Below are positions 17,386-27,416 of a stretch of 64,000 nt of DNA, one piece after another (positions within the stretch are counted from its first letter, which is position 1; each line of letters begins with the position of its first letter). A program made the position numbers and the translations under genes. The stretch is from NCBI GenBank assembly GCA_034429715.1, contig DAOUFR010000013.1, positions 56,095 to 120,094 of the forward strand, in the 5' to 3' direction. This DNA comes from Dehalococcoidia bacterium (lineage in GTDB: Bacteria > Chloroflexota > Dehalococcoidia > GIF9 > UBA5629). Under the pieces are notes generated by a model. That model had not been told where the DNA came from. It saw only the letters and a program-made list of their open reading frames with translations, and searched no databases.

Positions 17386-18828
17386 TTATTTTTTAATGGC
17401 AGCGTACTTGTACATATAAGACACCGCCCTGATAGCTTCCCTGAGTGACGCGGCCACAGGAAATCCAGCATCCTCGCACATCTTCTTGGCTAATAAAGTC
17501 ATCCGTCGTTCCGCCTCGTTATCAGTATAGGCATCGATGGCTACCGTTATTATTACCAGCCTGCCGGCCTCATCGCGTGCGAAGCGGCAGCCGGCCAGAA
17601 AATCCTCGGTTATAGCTCTCAGTTTCTCCTCGGTGCCATTACCCCACATCATTGTCATGAACCTTATTATGTCGAATTGCAGAATAATAGAATGAATTTG
17701 TTTCTCGCCCGCCACAATGCGCAGCACATCCGACAGCCTGCCTTCGCCCGAGTGCCTGTAAAACAGTTGCCATGAATCGAGTGGATTGCCTATCATAGTG
17801 CCTGCAGCCGGGACAAACGTCCTCAGTTCATCCACAGCCTTGCTGGAAAACTGCGGGACCTGAAGCCCTGCCTTCACGCACATGTCACTCTGAACCACGG
17901 CAAACCCGCCGGAGTATGTTACGATTGCTACTCCGTTTCCGGACGGCACCCTGGATAAGTCCATGGTAACGGTGGTATTGAGCAGGTCATCTATATCGTC
18001 TACCTGCACCACACCGCTCTGTTTGAACATGGTCGACCATGTCTCTCCCGTTCCGGCCAGCGAACCCGTGTGTGAGGAAGCCACTCTACCACCTGCCCCG
18101 GTGACGCCGCCCTTGAGCGCAACCAGCGGCTTTTTACCGGCCGCATATTCCAGCGCAGACCTCAACCGCCTCCCATCACGGATACCTTCGATATAAAGGG
18201 CGATAACGCTGGTATCGGGATCATCCGCCAGGTATTCAAGAAAATCGGGGCAATCGAGATCAACAGCGTTGCCGTAGCTGACCATCTTACTGATCTTCAT
18301 ATTCATTGTCCTGCCGGCATAGACAAATAGTTGAGCAAAGGTGCCGCTCTGGGAGATGACGCCTATATTCCCCTCTACATTGGTGGACGCGGGATTAAAC
18401 GACAGGCCGGATTTGGGGCAATATGTTCCCATGCAGTTGGGTCCGATGATCCTTAGCTTACCCCGCGCCATATCCGCCAGCTCTTTCTCACGCTTGACGC
18501 CCTCCGGCAGCCCGGTCTCGCTAAATCCCGACGTGAATAAATGAACGCCTTTTACCCCCTTATTAATACAGTCGCTGACGGCGCTCAATGCGAACCGGAC
18601 CGGGACCGCTATAACGGCATAATCAATGGGGACATCGATATCCATGATGCTTGCATATGATTTCCTGCCCAGTAGTTCCTGGTAGTTGGGGTTCACCAGG
18701 TAGAGCCTGTCGCGCATTTTAGTCGCAAGCAGAGCGTAAGTGTAGCCGTCTGTCGGAGAAGCTCCTATGATTGCTGTATTGCGGGGGAAAAAGATGCTGT
18801 TCAGCTCTTGAAACTTAGAAGTATTCAT
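17386..18828 (-). CDS. acetate--CoA ligase (ADP-forming) family protein, CoA-binding / succinyl-CoA-synthetase-like alpha domains
   Basis: N-terminal CoA-binding Rossmann fold (IIGASPT), then ligase-CoA and flavodoxin-like domains. Paralog of 58181-59626. Confidence 0.75.
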   Translation of the reverse strand: MNTSKFQELNSIFFPRNTAIIGASPTDGYTYALLATKMRDRLYLVNPNYQELLGRKSYASIMDIDVPIDYAVIAVPVRFALSAVSDCINKGVKGVHLFTSGFSETGLPEGVKREKELADMARGKLRIIGPNCMGTYCPKSGLSFNPASTNVEGNIGVISQSGTFAQLFVYAGRTMNMKISKMVSYGNAVDLDCPDFLEYLADDPDTSVIALYIEGIRDGRRLRSALEYAAGKKPLVALKGGVTGAGGRVASSHTGSLAGTGETWSTMFKQSGVVQVDDIDDLLNTTVTMDLSRVPSGNGVAIVTYSGGFAVVQSDMCVKAGLQVPQFSSKAVDELRTFVPAAGTMIGNPLDSWQLFYRHSGEGRLSDVLRIVAGEKQIHSIILQFDIIRFMTMMWGNGTEEKLRAITEDFLAGCRFARDEAGRLVIITVAIDAYTDNEAERRMTLLAKKMCEDAGFPVAASLREAIRAVSYMYKYAAIKK

Positions 18829-18917
18829 ATTTCTTCCTTTCTAACGGCGCTGGGGAAAAAACGGCTTATCAAGGATACATTTTACAGGGCGGGAAGTTCA
18901 ACTCTGCACATGGGCGG

Positions 18918-18962
18918 CTCATACAAAATAGGACCCACCGGGTGGGACGGTGGATCCTATTT
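18918..18962 (-). terminator. rho-independent terminator hairpin downstream of the 51-aa gene
   Basis: Inverted repeat aaataggacccacc-[gggtgggac]-ggtggatcctattt flanked by T/A runs on both strands. Confidence 0.5.
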
Positions 18963-18982
18963 GATTACTTATTTTGGTGTTT

Positions 18983-19138
18983 TTAGATTTCTCTGGCGAG
19001 AATCTTCTCTTTGAGTATCTCGAACTCGTCGCGCGTGAGGACGCAGGTGTTAGCGTCTTCGCCGATCTCGACTTTGTCTTCGAATACGGTTACTGCCGGG
19101 CAGCAGGAGCCTTCGCGGCACAGTTTCACAATTTTCAT
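18983..19138 (-). CDS. unannotated 51-aa Cys-rich small protein (MKIVKLCREGSCCPAVTVFEDKVEIGEDANTCVLTRDEFEILKEKILAREI)
   Basis: Below the 60-aa ORF-track cutoff. GGAGGT Shine-Dalgarno 6 nt upstream of the ATG. Own terminator hairpin downstream. Four Cys residues (C-x4-CC ... C). Confidence 0.5.
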   Translation of the reverse strand: MKIVKLCREGSCCPAVTVFEDKVEIGEDANTCVLTRDEFEILKEKILAREI

Positions 19139-19340
19139 CTAAGTACCTCCAGATATTTGGTCCTTGTACTGACGGTTTGCCCCACCAGCAATCAGATTCT
19201 TACTGAATATCCGGTACCGCCAGTTAAAATATGATAATACCCCGGCATACGGCATGCAAATGACGTAAGTCACATTGCATACGGAAAGCATTTGCTATTG
19301 ATCACAGCCATGCTTTATTATACATTTGACAGGAACGCGT

Positions 19341-21506
19341 ATGGATCCCTCTCCACTATTCAATAAGGCCAGGGAATACCTGCCTCCCGACAAGCTGGCT
19401 ATCGTGGAGGCTGCCTATAATTATGCCCTCAAGGCACATGACGGCCAGAAGCGCAAATCCGGCGCACCCTTCCTGGAACATCCCCTCCAAACTGCCATAA
19501 CCCTGGCCGACCTGCAGCTCGACGCCGCCACACTGGCTGCCGCACTCCTGCACGACGTGCCTGAAGACTGTAATATACCGATCGCACAGCTTGAAAAACA
19601 GTTCGGCCCGGATGTCAGCAAGCTGGTGGACGGGGTGACCAAGCTGAGCAGGCTGGCATGGAGGCGCGACATAGCGGTCAGCAGCCGGGAGACGCAGGCG
19701 GAGAACCTGCGCAAGATGCTTATCGCCATGGCTGAGGACCTGCGCGTGGTCTTCATCAAGCTGGCTGACAGGCTGCATAATATGAATACGCTGGAGGCAT
19801 TGCCGCCTGAACGGAGACAGGCCATCGCGCAGGAGACGCTGGAGATATATGCCCCGCTGGCTCACAGGCTGGGCATGTGGGAGATCAAGTGGCAGCTTGA
19901 AGACCTGTCTTTCCGATACCTTCAGCCGGAGGAGTACCGCAAAATCGCGCGTATGGTGGCGGTGCGCCGGTCGCTGCGCGAAGGCTTTATCGATGACGCC
20001 GCCCGAGTACTGCGCGACGAGATGGTCATAGCCGGCATCCAGGGAGAGGTATACGGCCGGCCCAAGCACATCTTCAGTATCTTCAACAAGATACAGAGGT
20101 ATACAGCCATCGGCAGGAGCTTCGGTGATATCCACGACCTTTTCGCCCTGCGCGTGCTGGTCAATACCATCCCCGACTGCTACAAGGTGCTGGGCATCAT
20201 ACACAATACCTGGCACCCGATCACAGAAGAATTCAACGACTATATAGCCAATCCCAAAGACAACGGGTACCAGTCTTTGCATACCACTGTAATGGTGGGC
20301 GACGGCGCCTCCACGCCGCTGGAGATACAGACCAGAACATACGAGATGCATCGCATGTCGGAATACGGTGTTGCAGCTCACTGGCGATACAAAGAAGGGG
20401 CCAAGCCGGACCTGAATTTCGAGGAGAAGATCTCCTGGCTGCGCCAGCTCATCGACTGGCAGAGCTCGCTGGACAGCGAAGAATTCCTTACCTCACTGAA
20501 AGAGGACTTTTTCGTCGACCAGGTCTTTGTCTATACGCCTAAAGGGGAGATCAGGCCCTTCCCGCGCGGAGCTACACCCCTGGATTTCGCCTACCGCATC
20601 CATACAGACCTCGGCCACCGCTGCATCGGCGCAAAAGTCAACGGCAAGCTGGTCCCCCTCAACTACGAGCTCAAGAACAGCGATATAGTCGAGATAGTAG
20701 CCAGCAAGACCGAGAAAGCGCCGAGCCTGGACTGGATCAATCCGGACCTGGGATTCGTTAAGACAGCCCATGCCAAGGAGAAGATCCGAGCCTGGTATAA
20801 AAAGCAGGAGCGCACGCAGAATATTGAGCGGGGCAGGTCCATACTGGAAAAAGAGCTCAAGCGGATGGGTGTCGATGTGGCCAACTACGAGGAGCTTGCG
20901 GGGCAGCTCAATTTCGACACTACCGATGACTTCCTGGCCTCCGTGGGTTACGGCGGTATCACACCTCATCAGATCGCCACTAAACTGGCGGGAGAGCCGG
21001 AGGAGATCCCGCTGGCCAAACCCACGGCCGCACCTGCGCAGCATAAGGGCTCGGGCATTCAGGTACTGGGAGTAGGCGACCTGCTCACGCACCTTGCTCA
21101 ATGTTGCCATCCGGTGCCCGGTGATGATATTATCGGGTACATTACGCGTAGCCACGGCATCACCGTACACCGCAAAAACTGCATAAACGTTATCAACGAA
21201 GAGGAGCAGGAGCGGCTGATCAATGTGAGCTGGGGCCAGATGGAGGACGTGTACCCGGTTGATATACAGGTGGAAGCTTTCGACCGGGTGGGGCTGTTGC
21301 GGGACATTACCACGGCGGTAGCCGAAGAAAAGATTAATATTACCAGCGTGAGCACCCAGTATAATGACGATGTGTTCACCATGTTTGCGACTATAGAGAT
21401 TAAGAACATGGCCCAGTTGAATCATATATTGAACAGGCTTATGAGCCTGCGTGGCGTTATCAATGCCACCAAGGCCCATACTGCCAGGATGAACGTCAGT
21501 TCATGA
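19341..21506 (+). CDS. relA: bifunctional (p)ppGpp synthetase/hydrolase RelA/SpoT
   Basis: HD hydrolase domain, RelA/SpoT synthetase domain, TGS and ACT C-terminal domains. The ATG at 19341 is preferred over the TTG at 19326. Confidence 0.9.
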   Translation: MDPSPLFNKAREYLPPDKLAIVEAAYNYALKAHDGQKRKSGAPFLEHPLQTAITLADLQLDAATLAAALLHDVPEDCNIPIAQLEKQFGPDVSKLVDGVTKLSRLAWRRDIAVSSRETQAENLRKMLIAMAEDLRVVFIKLADRLHNMNTLEALPPERRQAIAQETLEIYAPLAHRLGMWEIKWQLEDLSFRYLQPEEYRKIARMVAVRRSLREGFIDDAARVLRDEMVIAGIQGEVYGRPKHIFSIFNKIQRYTAIGRSFGDIHDLFALRVLVNTIPDCYKVLGIIHNTWHPITEEFNDYIANPKDNGYQSLHTTVMVGDGASTPLEIQTRTYEMHRMSEYGVAAHWRYKEGAKPDLNFEEKISWLRQLIDWQSSLDSEEFLTSLKEDFFVDQVFVYTPKGEIRPFPRGATPLDFAYRIHTDLGHRCIGAKVNGKLVPLNYELKNSDIVEIVASKTEKAPSLDWINPDLGFVKTAHAKEKIRAWYKKQERTQNIERGRSILEKELKRMGVDVANYEELAGQLNFDTTDDFLASVGYGGITPHQIATKLAGEPEEIPLAKPTAAPAQHKGSGIQVLGVGDLLTHLAQCCHPVPGDDIIGYITRSHGITVHRKNCINVINEEEQERLINVSWGQMEDVYPVDIQVEAFDRVGLLRDITTAVAEEKINITSVSTQYNDDVFTMFATIEIKNMAQLNHILNRLMSLRGVINATKAHTARMNVSS

Positions 21507-21527
21507 TATCAAAGGAGGTAGTCACAA

Positions 21528-21797
21528 TTGCCCAAGACTAAGACAGCGGAAAAATCAGCCCGGTCTGCTGAAAGGAAAGCAGAGCGCAATAAGGCCATCA
21601 AGAGCGGCACCAAGAGCAAGGTCACCAGAGCGGAAAAATTAATTGCCACTAAAAAAGGCGCTGCGGCCGGTGGGGCGGTAACCGAGGCCATAAGCTCCCT
21701 GGACCGGGCGGCCAAACGCAAAGTTATTCATGCCAATACCGCAGCCCGCAAGAAATCGCGCCTGATGAAGAAATTCAACGCATCTCAAAAGAAATAA
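21528..21797 (+). CDS. rpsT: 30S ribosomal protein S20
   Basis: Basic, Lys/Ala-rich 89-aa protein. AAAGGAGGT Shine-Dalgarno before a TTG start. Confidence 0.85.
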   Translation: MPKTKTAEKSARSAERKAERNKAIKSGTKSKVTRAEKLIATKKGAAAGGAVTEAISSLDRAAKRKVIHANTAARKKSRLMKKFNASQKK

Positions 21798-21819
21798 TAC
21801 TTCCGCAGGAGGCCTGCCA

Positions 21820-22392
21820 GTGACTGACTATTTGTTATCCCATTTTCAGTCCGTAGGATCGGACCTTTTCAGCCGCGGCATGGTTTCCGTACACGGTGGC
21901 AACCTGAGCGTCAGGGACCAGGACAGCGTCATAATCACGCGCAGCGGCAGCCGCCTGGGTTACCTGTCTGAATCGGACCTGATCAGAACCGGCCTCGAAA
22001 AAGATGACGAAAATACCCGCCTCGCTTCGACGGAACTGCAGGTGCACCGGGCTATCTACCGGAAGGGACTGTTCAAAGCCATTGTACACAGCCACCCGAT
22101 TCATGCTACAGCCCTCTCCTTCGTCCGGCATGTCATCCATACCGAGGATGAGGGAGGAAAGCTCTTTATCCCCGAAGTGCCGGTAGTAGGATTCGGCCTG
22201 GAGCCGCAGCCGGGCGGAGCGGCAGAGGAGATCGCCGAGGCGTTGAAAACGCATGCAGTGGTCATGGTTCACCGCCACGGCAGCTTTGCCAGAGGTATGA
22301 CCCTTGAGGAAGCCTACGTTATTACAGAACTGCTTGAGATCAGTTGCCGCATACTCTGCCTGGTGAAGAACTTAAAAATCCAGCAGCTGTAG
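21820..22392 (+). CDS. class II aldolase/adducin-family protein
   Basis: Class II aldolase fold with His-rich metal site (HSHPIHAT). GTG start. Confidence 0.7.
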   Translation: MTDYLLSHFQSVGSDLFSRGMVSVHGGNLSVRDQDSVIITRSGSRLGYLSESDLIRTGLEKDDENTRLASTELQVHRAIYRKGLFKAIVHSHPIHATALSFVRHVIHTEDEGGKLFIPEVPVVGFGLEPQPGGAAEEIAEALKTHAVVMVHRHGSFARGMTLEEAYVITELLEISCRILCLVKNLKIQQL

Positions 22393-22413
22393 GGGATTAC
22401 ATTCGTTCGCCAT

Positions 22414-23190
22414 CTATACCGGCGGCGTGGGCGGCGCCGGCCTCCGGCCCTGTTTGAACCTCTCCAGCCCTTCGAACATCTCCACGTCCCGGAAAAACTC
22501 GGCATGTATCTCTTTTTCCCGCTTGATGCCCCGCGGCAAATCGAGGGCTAACCCCTCGTAAGCCGCCCTGCGGTCATTGATCAGGCTGGTCCACGGGTAC
22601 TCCGCCATCCTTACAGCCAGCTCGACCGCCCTGTCCAGGGCCGTCCCGTCAGGCACTATCTCTTGAATCAGGCCCATCCTCAACGCATGCTCGGCGTTTA
22701 TCATGGCGCCGCTCTCGATCAGGTAGAGCGCATTGCCCAGCCCCACGATGCGGGGCAGCCTTTGCGTGCCGCCGTCGATAAGCGGTACACCCCAGCGGCG
22801 GTTGACCACACCGAATTTTGCCCCGGCAGACGCGATGCGGAAATCGCACCAGCAGGCTAATTCCAGCCCTCCCGCCAGGCAGTACCCATTGACGGCCGCT
22901 ATGGTCGGTTTGCCTAAATCGGTGATGCGGCTGAACCCCATAGGGCCGCTCCTCCCGGCGCCCCTTCTCTCTATCAGACCCCTCGCTGCTTTCAGGTCGG
23001 CGCCCGCACAGAAGGAAACGTCCCCTGAGCCTGTCAGCACCATGACCCTGAGACCTTTATCGTGCTTGAACTCGTTCACAGCCGTTTCCAGCAGGCCGGC
23101 CGTCTCGGCGTCCACGGCATTGCGGGCTTCGGGCCGGTTTATCCTCGCCACAAGGATCTGCCCGCGCCTCTCTATCTCAACCTTTGCCAT
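22414..23190 (-). CDS. enoyl-CoA hydratase/isomerase (crotonase family)
   Basis: Crotonase fold. The oxyanion-hole segment AAVNGYCLAGGLELA is present. Confidence 0.85.
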   Translation of the reverse strand: MAKVEIERRGQILVARINRPEARNAVDAETAGLLETAVNEFKHDKGLRVMVLTGSGDVSFCAGADLKAARGLIERRGAGRSGPMGFSRITDLGKPTIAAVNGYCLAGGLELACWCDFRIASAGAKFGVVNRRWGVPLIDGGTQRLPRIVGLGNALYLIESGAMINAEHALRMGLIQEIVPDGTALDRAVELAVRMAEYPWTSLINDRRAAYEGLALDLPRGIKREKEIHAEFFRDVEMFEGLERFKQGRRPAPPTPPV

Positions 23191-23199
23191 CGTTAACTC

Positions 23200-24435
23200 C
23201 TACTGGTAGCGCAGCGATTCCACGGGGTCCATACCGGCCGCATGGATAGCCGGGTAGAGTCCGGATGCTATGCCGATAAAAGTGGACACGCCCAGTGCGA
23301 CCAGCACTATATCGAGCGAAAAAGGCGCCTGAACCGTATAGCCTCCCAGACTGACACCGGTCACCATCAGCACAAAGAGAAAAGCGACAAGTATACCGAT
23401 GATGCCGCCTGATACGCTGAGTATGGCGGACTCGACCAGGAACTGCTTCACGATGTCCACCCTCCTCGCCCCAATAGCCTTTCTAATACCGATCTCGCGC
23501 GTCCGTTCCGTGACCGAAACGAGCATGATATTCATGATACCTATTCCGCCCACAACCAGAGAAATGGCGCCGACGCTGGCCAGGAAAAGCTGAAAAATCT
23601 CCAGCGCCTGTTTCATCTGGTTGATGATATCGCGCATATCCATGACATAGAAATCGTTGTCCTCACCCTCACGGATATGGTGGCGCTGCCTGAGCACAGA
23701 TACCGCCTCGTCCTTGGCGCTGTCGATATGGGCAGGAGAGAGGGCCCTGACAGCGATTGTCTGCACCGGCCGGCCTTCAGTGGTGGTCTCGCCCATCAGC
23801 TTGGCCTGCATGGTCGTCAACGGGATCATGATGAAGTCGTCCGCACCCGGCAGAAACCCTCCCTTGGCCTCCAGCACCCCAACGACCTCGAAATTCCGGC
23901 CGTTTATGCGTATGTTTTTACCCAGCGGATCCTCGTCCTTAAACAGATTACTTTTAGCCGTTGCGCCCAGCACAGCCACGTTGGAGCCTGACATAATATG
24001 CTCATCCGTTATATACGAACCCCGCTCAATGGGATAATCGATGATGCTGCGGATATTGGGCATAGCTCCCATTACATCCGTGCCGACTTTCTCGTTAGCA
24101 TAGGTGACCGTCGACATCTTTTCCGTCATCGGGGATACCAGCGCCACCGAGGGCAGCCGGCTGGAGTTCTCCAGGGCCAGGGCATCTTCCATGGTCAATT
24201 TACGCGTTATACCGGACATCTGGTCGACCATCTGGGAGGCGCTGGTGATATAGATAGTCTCAGCGCCCAGGCTTTTAAAAATGCCCATCAGGTTAGCCTC
24301 GTGTCCCCGTCCGAAGGAGATCATGAACACGACCGAGCTGACACCAATGACGATACCCAGGATGGTGAGCGCGGAACGCATCTTGTTCGAGCGCAGTACC
24401 TGGATTGATACCTGCAGGCAGTCTCTGAAACTCAT
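23200..24435 (-). CDS. ABC transporter permease, MacB/FtsX family
   Basis: N-terminal TM helix, periplasmic MacB-like core, C-terminal FtsX 3-TM domain. No cognate ATPase gene is adjacent. Confidence 0.8.
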   Translation of the reverse strand: MSFRDCLQVSIQVLRSNKMRSALTILGIVIGVSSVVFMISFGRGHEANLMGIFKSLGAETIYITSASQMVDQMSGITRKLTMEDALALENSSRLPSVALVSPMTEKMSTVTYANEKVGTDVMGAMPNIRSIIDYPIERGSYITDEHIMSGSNVAVLGATAKSNLFKDEDPLGKNIRINGRNFEVVGVLEAKGGFLPGADDFIMIPLTTMQAKLMGETTTEGRPVQTIAVRALSPAHIDSAKDEAVSVLRQRHHIREGEDNDFYVMDMRDIINQMKQALEIFQLFLASVGAISLVVGGIGIMNIMLVSVTERTREIGIRKAIGARRVDIVKQFLVESAILSVSGGIIGILVAFLFVLMVTGVSLGGYTVQAPFSLDIVLVALGVSTFIGIASGLYPAIHAAGMDPVESLRYQ

Positions 24436-24566
24436 TAATACTATTATATTGCAAATTTATTTCAGAGACCTGCCGCAGTTTCGGCGGCGCATCTTTGGCT
24501 GTATTTTCAATAATGCTGCTATAATGGTCGCAGGAAGAAGTAAGTTATCTGATATGTGAGGTGGCT

Positions 24567-24725
24567 ATGAACATTCTATTAATCATCGGCATCATCCTGC
24601 TGGTACTCTGGCTTTTAGGCTTCATTGCCATTCCCGGCCTCGGCTGGCTGATCAACATTGCTCTCATCATCGGTATTATTTTAATCATCATCTGGTTACT
24701 GAAGAAGGTTTTCAAGGTATTTTAG
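24567..24725 (+). CDS. lmo0937-family small membrane protein (52 aa, two tandem TM helices)
   Basis: Below the ORF-track cutoff. GAGGTGG Shine-Dalgarno. Internally duplicated motif (LLIIGIILLVLWLLGF / IALIIGIILIIIWLLKK) typical of the lmo0937 family. Confidence 0.55.
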   Translation: MNILLIIGIILLVLWLLGFIAIPGLGWLINIALIIGIILIIIWLLKKVFKVF

Positions 24726-25960
24726 CCGGCCGGCGGTTTATCATCCTTGATACGGCGCCCGGCATATTTACGCTTTAACTCAATCGTATAGCCCGTCTGG
24801 ATGGCGTCGAAGCCGTACTTATCGCGCACCCGGTCGATGGCGCGGTCCAGTTTCTCCAGCCTTTTTGTTTCGGCATCGAACAGGCTGAGTTGTATTTCCG
24901 CGCCGGTCAGATTAGAAACTTCGAGCCCGATAAGCCTGACCGGCCGATATTTTTTCCCCAGAGCTGATTCCAGCAATTGCACGGCTGCCCGGAAAATTGC
25001 ATCGTCCAGGTTGGTGGCCATTCTGGAAGTCGAACCCCGGTTAACAGTCTCAAAATCTGCATACCTCAGCTTGAGAGTTACAGTCCTGGCCATTTTATCC
25101 ATGTCCCTCAGCTCCGCACCCAGCTTCTCTGCGAAGTAACGAAGGGTGGCCTTAAGCATGGCCGAATCCACGGTATCCTGCTCGAAGGTGGTCTCGCGAC
25201 TGACTGATTTGGCCTCGCCTCTCTCTTCAACAGGACTGCCGTCGAGGCCGCGGGCGTGCTGCTGCAGCCACATCATACCGTCCCCGAATCGTGTCTTAAA
25301 CAAACCGTCCGGCATATCCGACAGCTGGCCGATCGTCTGAATTCCCATCGATCGCAGTACTTTGCCGGTCTTATCACCCACACCGGGCAACTTCTCCACC
25401 GGCATAGGGGCCAGAAAGCTCCTTTCCTGCCCCGGCATTACCTCAACCAGCCCATCCGGTTTTCCGGCATCGGAGGCCACCTTGGCCACAACTTTACACG
25501 GGGCAATGCCTACCGAGGCCACTAAACCGGTCTCCTTTCTTATGTGTTCTTTGATCCTGGAAGCAAGCTCCCGCCAGGAGCCGAAATTCTGACAACCGGT
25601 CACATCGAGATACGCTTCATCAAGCCCGCCGGATTCGAGAGATGGACTGTAATCGCCCAGTATCCGCATAAACTTTTGCGAGAACTCGGCATATCTGTGA
25701 TAGTTGCCCGCCAGGAAAATGGCCTGCGGGCAGAGGCGTTTGGCCCTGGACAGCGGCATGGCAGCGTGTATCCCGAACTTGCGTGCCTCATATGAAGCCG
25801 AAGCCACCACACCCCTTCCTTCCGGTCTGCCGCCGACTATCACGGGCTTGCTCCGCAGGGCAGGATTAAGCACCTGCTCTACAGTGACGAAGAAAGCATC
25901 GAGATCGATATGGAAAATGGTGCGCAAGGTTCCTTTTCCGGCATCACCCATTTGGGGCAT
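24722..25960 (-). CDS. dinB: DNA polymerase IV (Y-family)
   Basis: IFHIDLDAFFVTVE N-terminus, Y-family palm, fingers and little-finger domains. Confidence 0.85.
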   Translation of the reverse strand: MPQMGDAGKGTLRTIFHIDLDAFFVTVEQVLNPALRSKPVIVGGRPEGRGVVASASYEARKFGIHAAMPLSRAKRLCPQAIFLAGNYHRYAEFSQKFMRILGDYSPSLESGGLDEAYLDVTGCQNFGSWRELASRIKEHIRKETGLVASVGIAPCKVVAKVASDAGKPDGLVEVMPGQERSFLAPMPVEKLPGVGDKTGKVLRSMGIQTIGQLSDMPDGLFKTRFGDGMMWLQQHARGLDGSPVEERGEAKSVSRETTFEQDTVDSAMLKATLRYFAEKLGAELRDMDKMARTVTLKLRYADFETVNRGSTSRMATNLDDAIFRAAVQLLESALGKKYRPVRLIGLEVSNLTGAEIQLSLFDAETKRLEKLDRAIDRVRDKYGFDAIQTGYTIELKRKYAGRRIKDDKPPAG

Positions 25961-25975
25961 CCTCCGTGTATATGT

Positions 25976-26773
25976 CTAAACGCCACGGAATTTGTTGATG
26001 CTGTCGCGAAGCTCTCGTGCGGCTTCGCGGGCCGCCTGTGCGTAGCCGGGTCCCTGGGAGGCATAGATCACCTGTCGGGTAGCCGAGATAATGGCCTTTT
26101 CCCCGGAGGCATTTACGCCGTACCTGACGGACAGCTCCAGATCGCCGCCCTGCGCTCCTATGCCGGGTATAAGCAGAGGCATGTCCGGGCATAGCTTTCT
26201 TATCTCCTTCAACTCCTCAGGATATGTGGCGCCTACCACCAGTCCGATATTGCCGCCCTTGTTCCAATCACCGGCGCGCAGCGCGACCGACTGATAGAAC
26301 TTCATGCCGAAATTGTCCACCAGATCCTGGAAATCGGAGGCGCTGCTGTTGGAAGTGCGGCAGAGAACAAATATGCCCTTGTTCCGATAATCGAGAAAAG
26401 GCTTCACCGAATCGTAGCCCAAGTAAGGGTTGACCGTCACGGCGTCGAATTTATAATAGTCGAAAAGCGCCCTGGCATAGGCGGCCGCGGTGTTGCCTAT
26501 GTCCCCCCTTTTGGCATCGCCGATAACCGGGATATCCCGCGGAATATAGGCCACGGTTTTCTTGAGCGCCTGTAGCCCGCGTATGCCCATAGCCTCGTAG
26601 AAGGCCAGGTTGGGCTTATAGCAACAGACCAGGTCGGCCGTTGCATCGATGATTGCCCGGTTGAACTCGAAGACATCCTTGACGGGCAGCTTAGAGGGAT
26701 CCGGGTCCAGCCCAACGCACAGCAGGCTGCGGTTGCGCCGCGAGGCATCAAGTAGGCGGCTGACAAATTCCAC
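25976..26773 (-). CDS. pyrF: orotidine-5'-phosphate decarboxylase (type 2, long form)
   Basis: LCVGLDP motif and TIM-barrel ODCase length. Confidence 0.85.
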   Translation of the reverse strand: MEFVSRLLDASRRNRSLLCVGLDPDPSKLPVKDVFEFNRAIIDATADLVCCYKPNLAFYEAMGIRGLQALKKTVAYIPRDIPVIGDAKRGDIGNTAAAYARALFDYYKFDAVTVNPYLGYDSVKPFLDYRNKGIFVLCRTSNSSASDFQDLVDNFGMKFYQSVALRAGDWNKGGNIGLVVGATYPEELKEIRKLCPDMPLLIPGIGAQGGDLELSVRYGVNASGEKAIISATRQVIYASQGPGYAQAAREAARELRDSINKFRGV

Positions 26774-26798
26774 GGCTTAATTATATAATAATTATCTG

Positions 26799-27416
26799 AT
26801 GATTAGCCTGGCCTGGATTGCCGCGGGGCTGATACTCGGCTCTTTGCCTTTCTCCGTCTGGATCGGCAAAATATTCCTGCGCAAGGATATCCGGGAATAC
26901 GGCGACGGCGCGCCCGGGGCCACCAATGTGGCCCGGGCCGGCAGCAAAACTCTATACGTGATCGCTGCCCTGCTGGACGCCTTCAAAGGCACTGTGCCCG
27001 TGTGGCTGTCCCAGCTGTTATCCGGAGTCGCCGGCTGGGAGCTGGCGGCCGTTGCGGTGGCGCCGGTGATAGGACATGCCTTTTCCCCTTTTCTTGGATT
27101 CAGGGGAGGCATGGGCGTCGCGACCACCTTCGGCGTCTGGCTGGGTCTGACAGGCTGGTTGGGACCGTCGGCCATGGCACTCTGTATCGGATTTATGTTT
27201 ATTCTTCAGAAGAACTGGGTCTGGGGCTCTGTGTTCGGCATGTTTCTTTTCCTTATTTTCCTGCTGATTGTCCCGGATCCCTTTATTAAAATGTACAGGG
27301 CGCCCCTTTTCTGCGCCGGATTGACACATACCGCTATACTTACTATCAGGCGCTATTCCTATTTTAAAAGCTGGCCGGAGCCGCAGCCCTGGCTCAGCAA
27401 GGTGTTAAGAAAATAA
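26799..27416 (+). CDS. plsY: glycerol-3-phosphate acyltransferase PlsY
   Basis: PlsY signature (GSGNxGATN-like GDGAPGATNVARAG) and 5-6 TM helices. Confidence 0.85.
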   Translation: MISLAWIAAGLILGSLPFSVWIGKIFLRKDIREYGDGAPGATNVARAGSKTLYVIAALLDAFKGTVPVWLSQLLSGVAGWELAAVAVAPVIGHAFSPFLGFRGGMGVATTFGVWLGLTGWLGPSAMALCIGFMFILQKNWVWGSVFGMFLFLIFLLIVPDPFIKMYRAPLFCAGLTHTAILTIRRYSYFKSWPEPQPWLSKVLRK

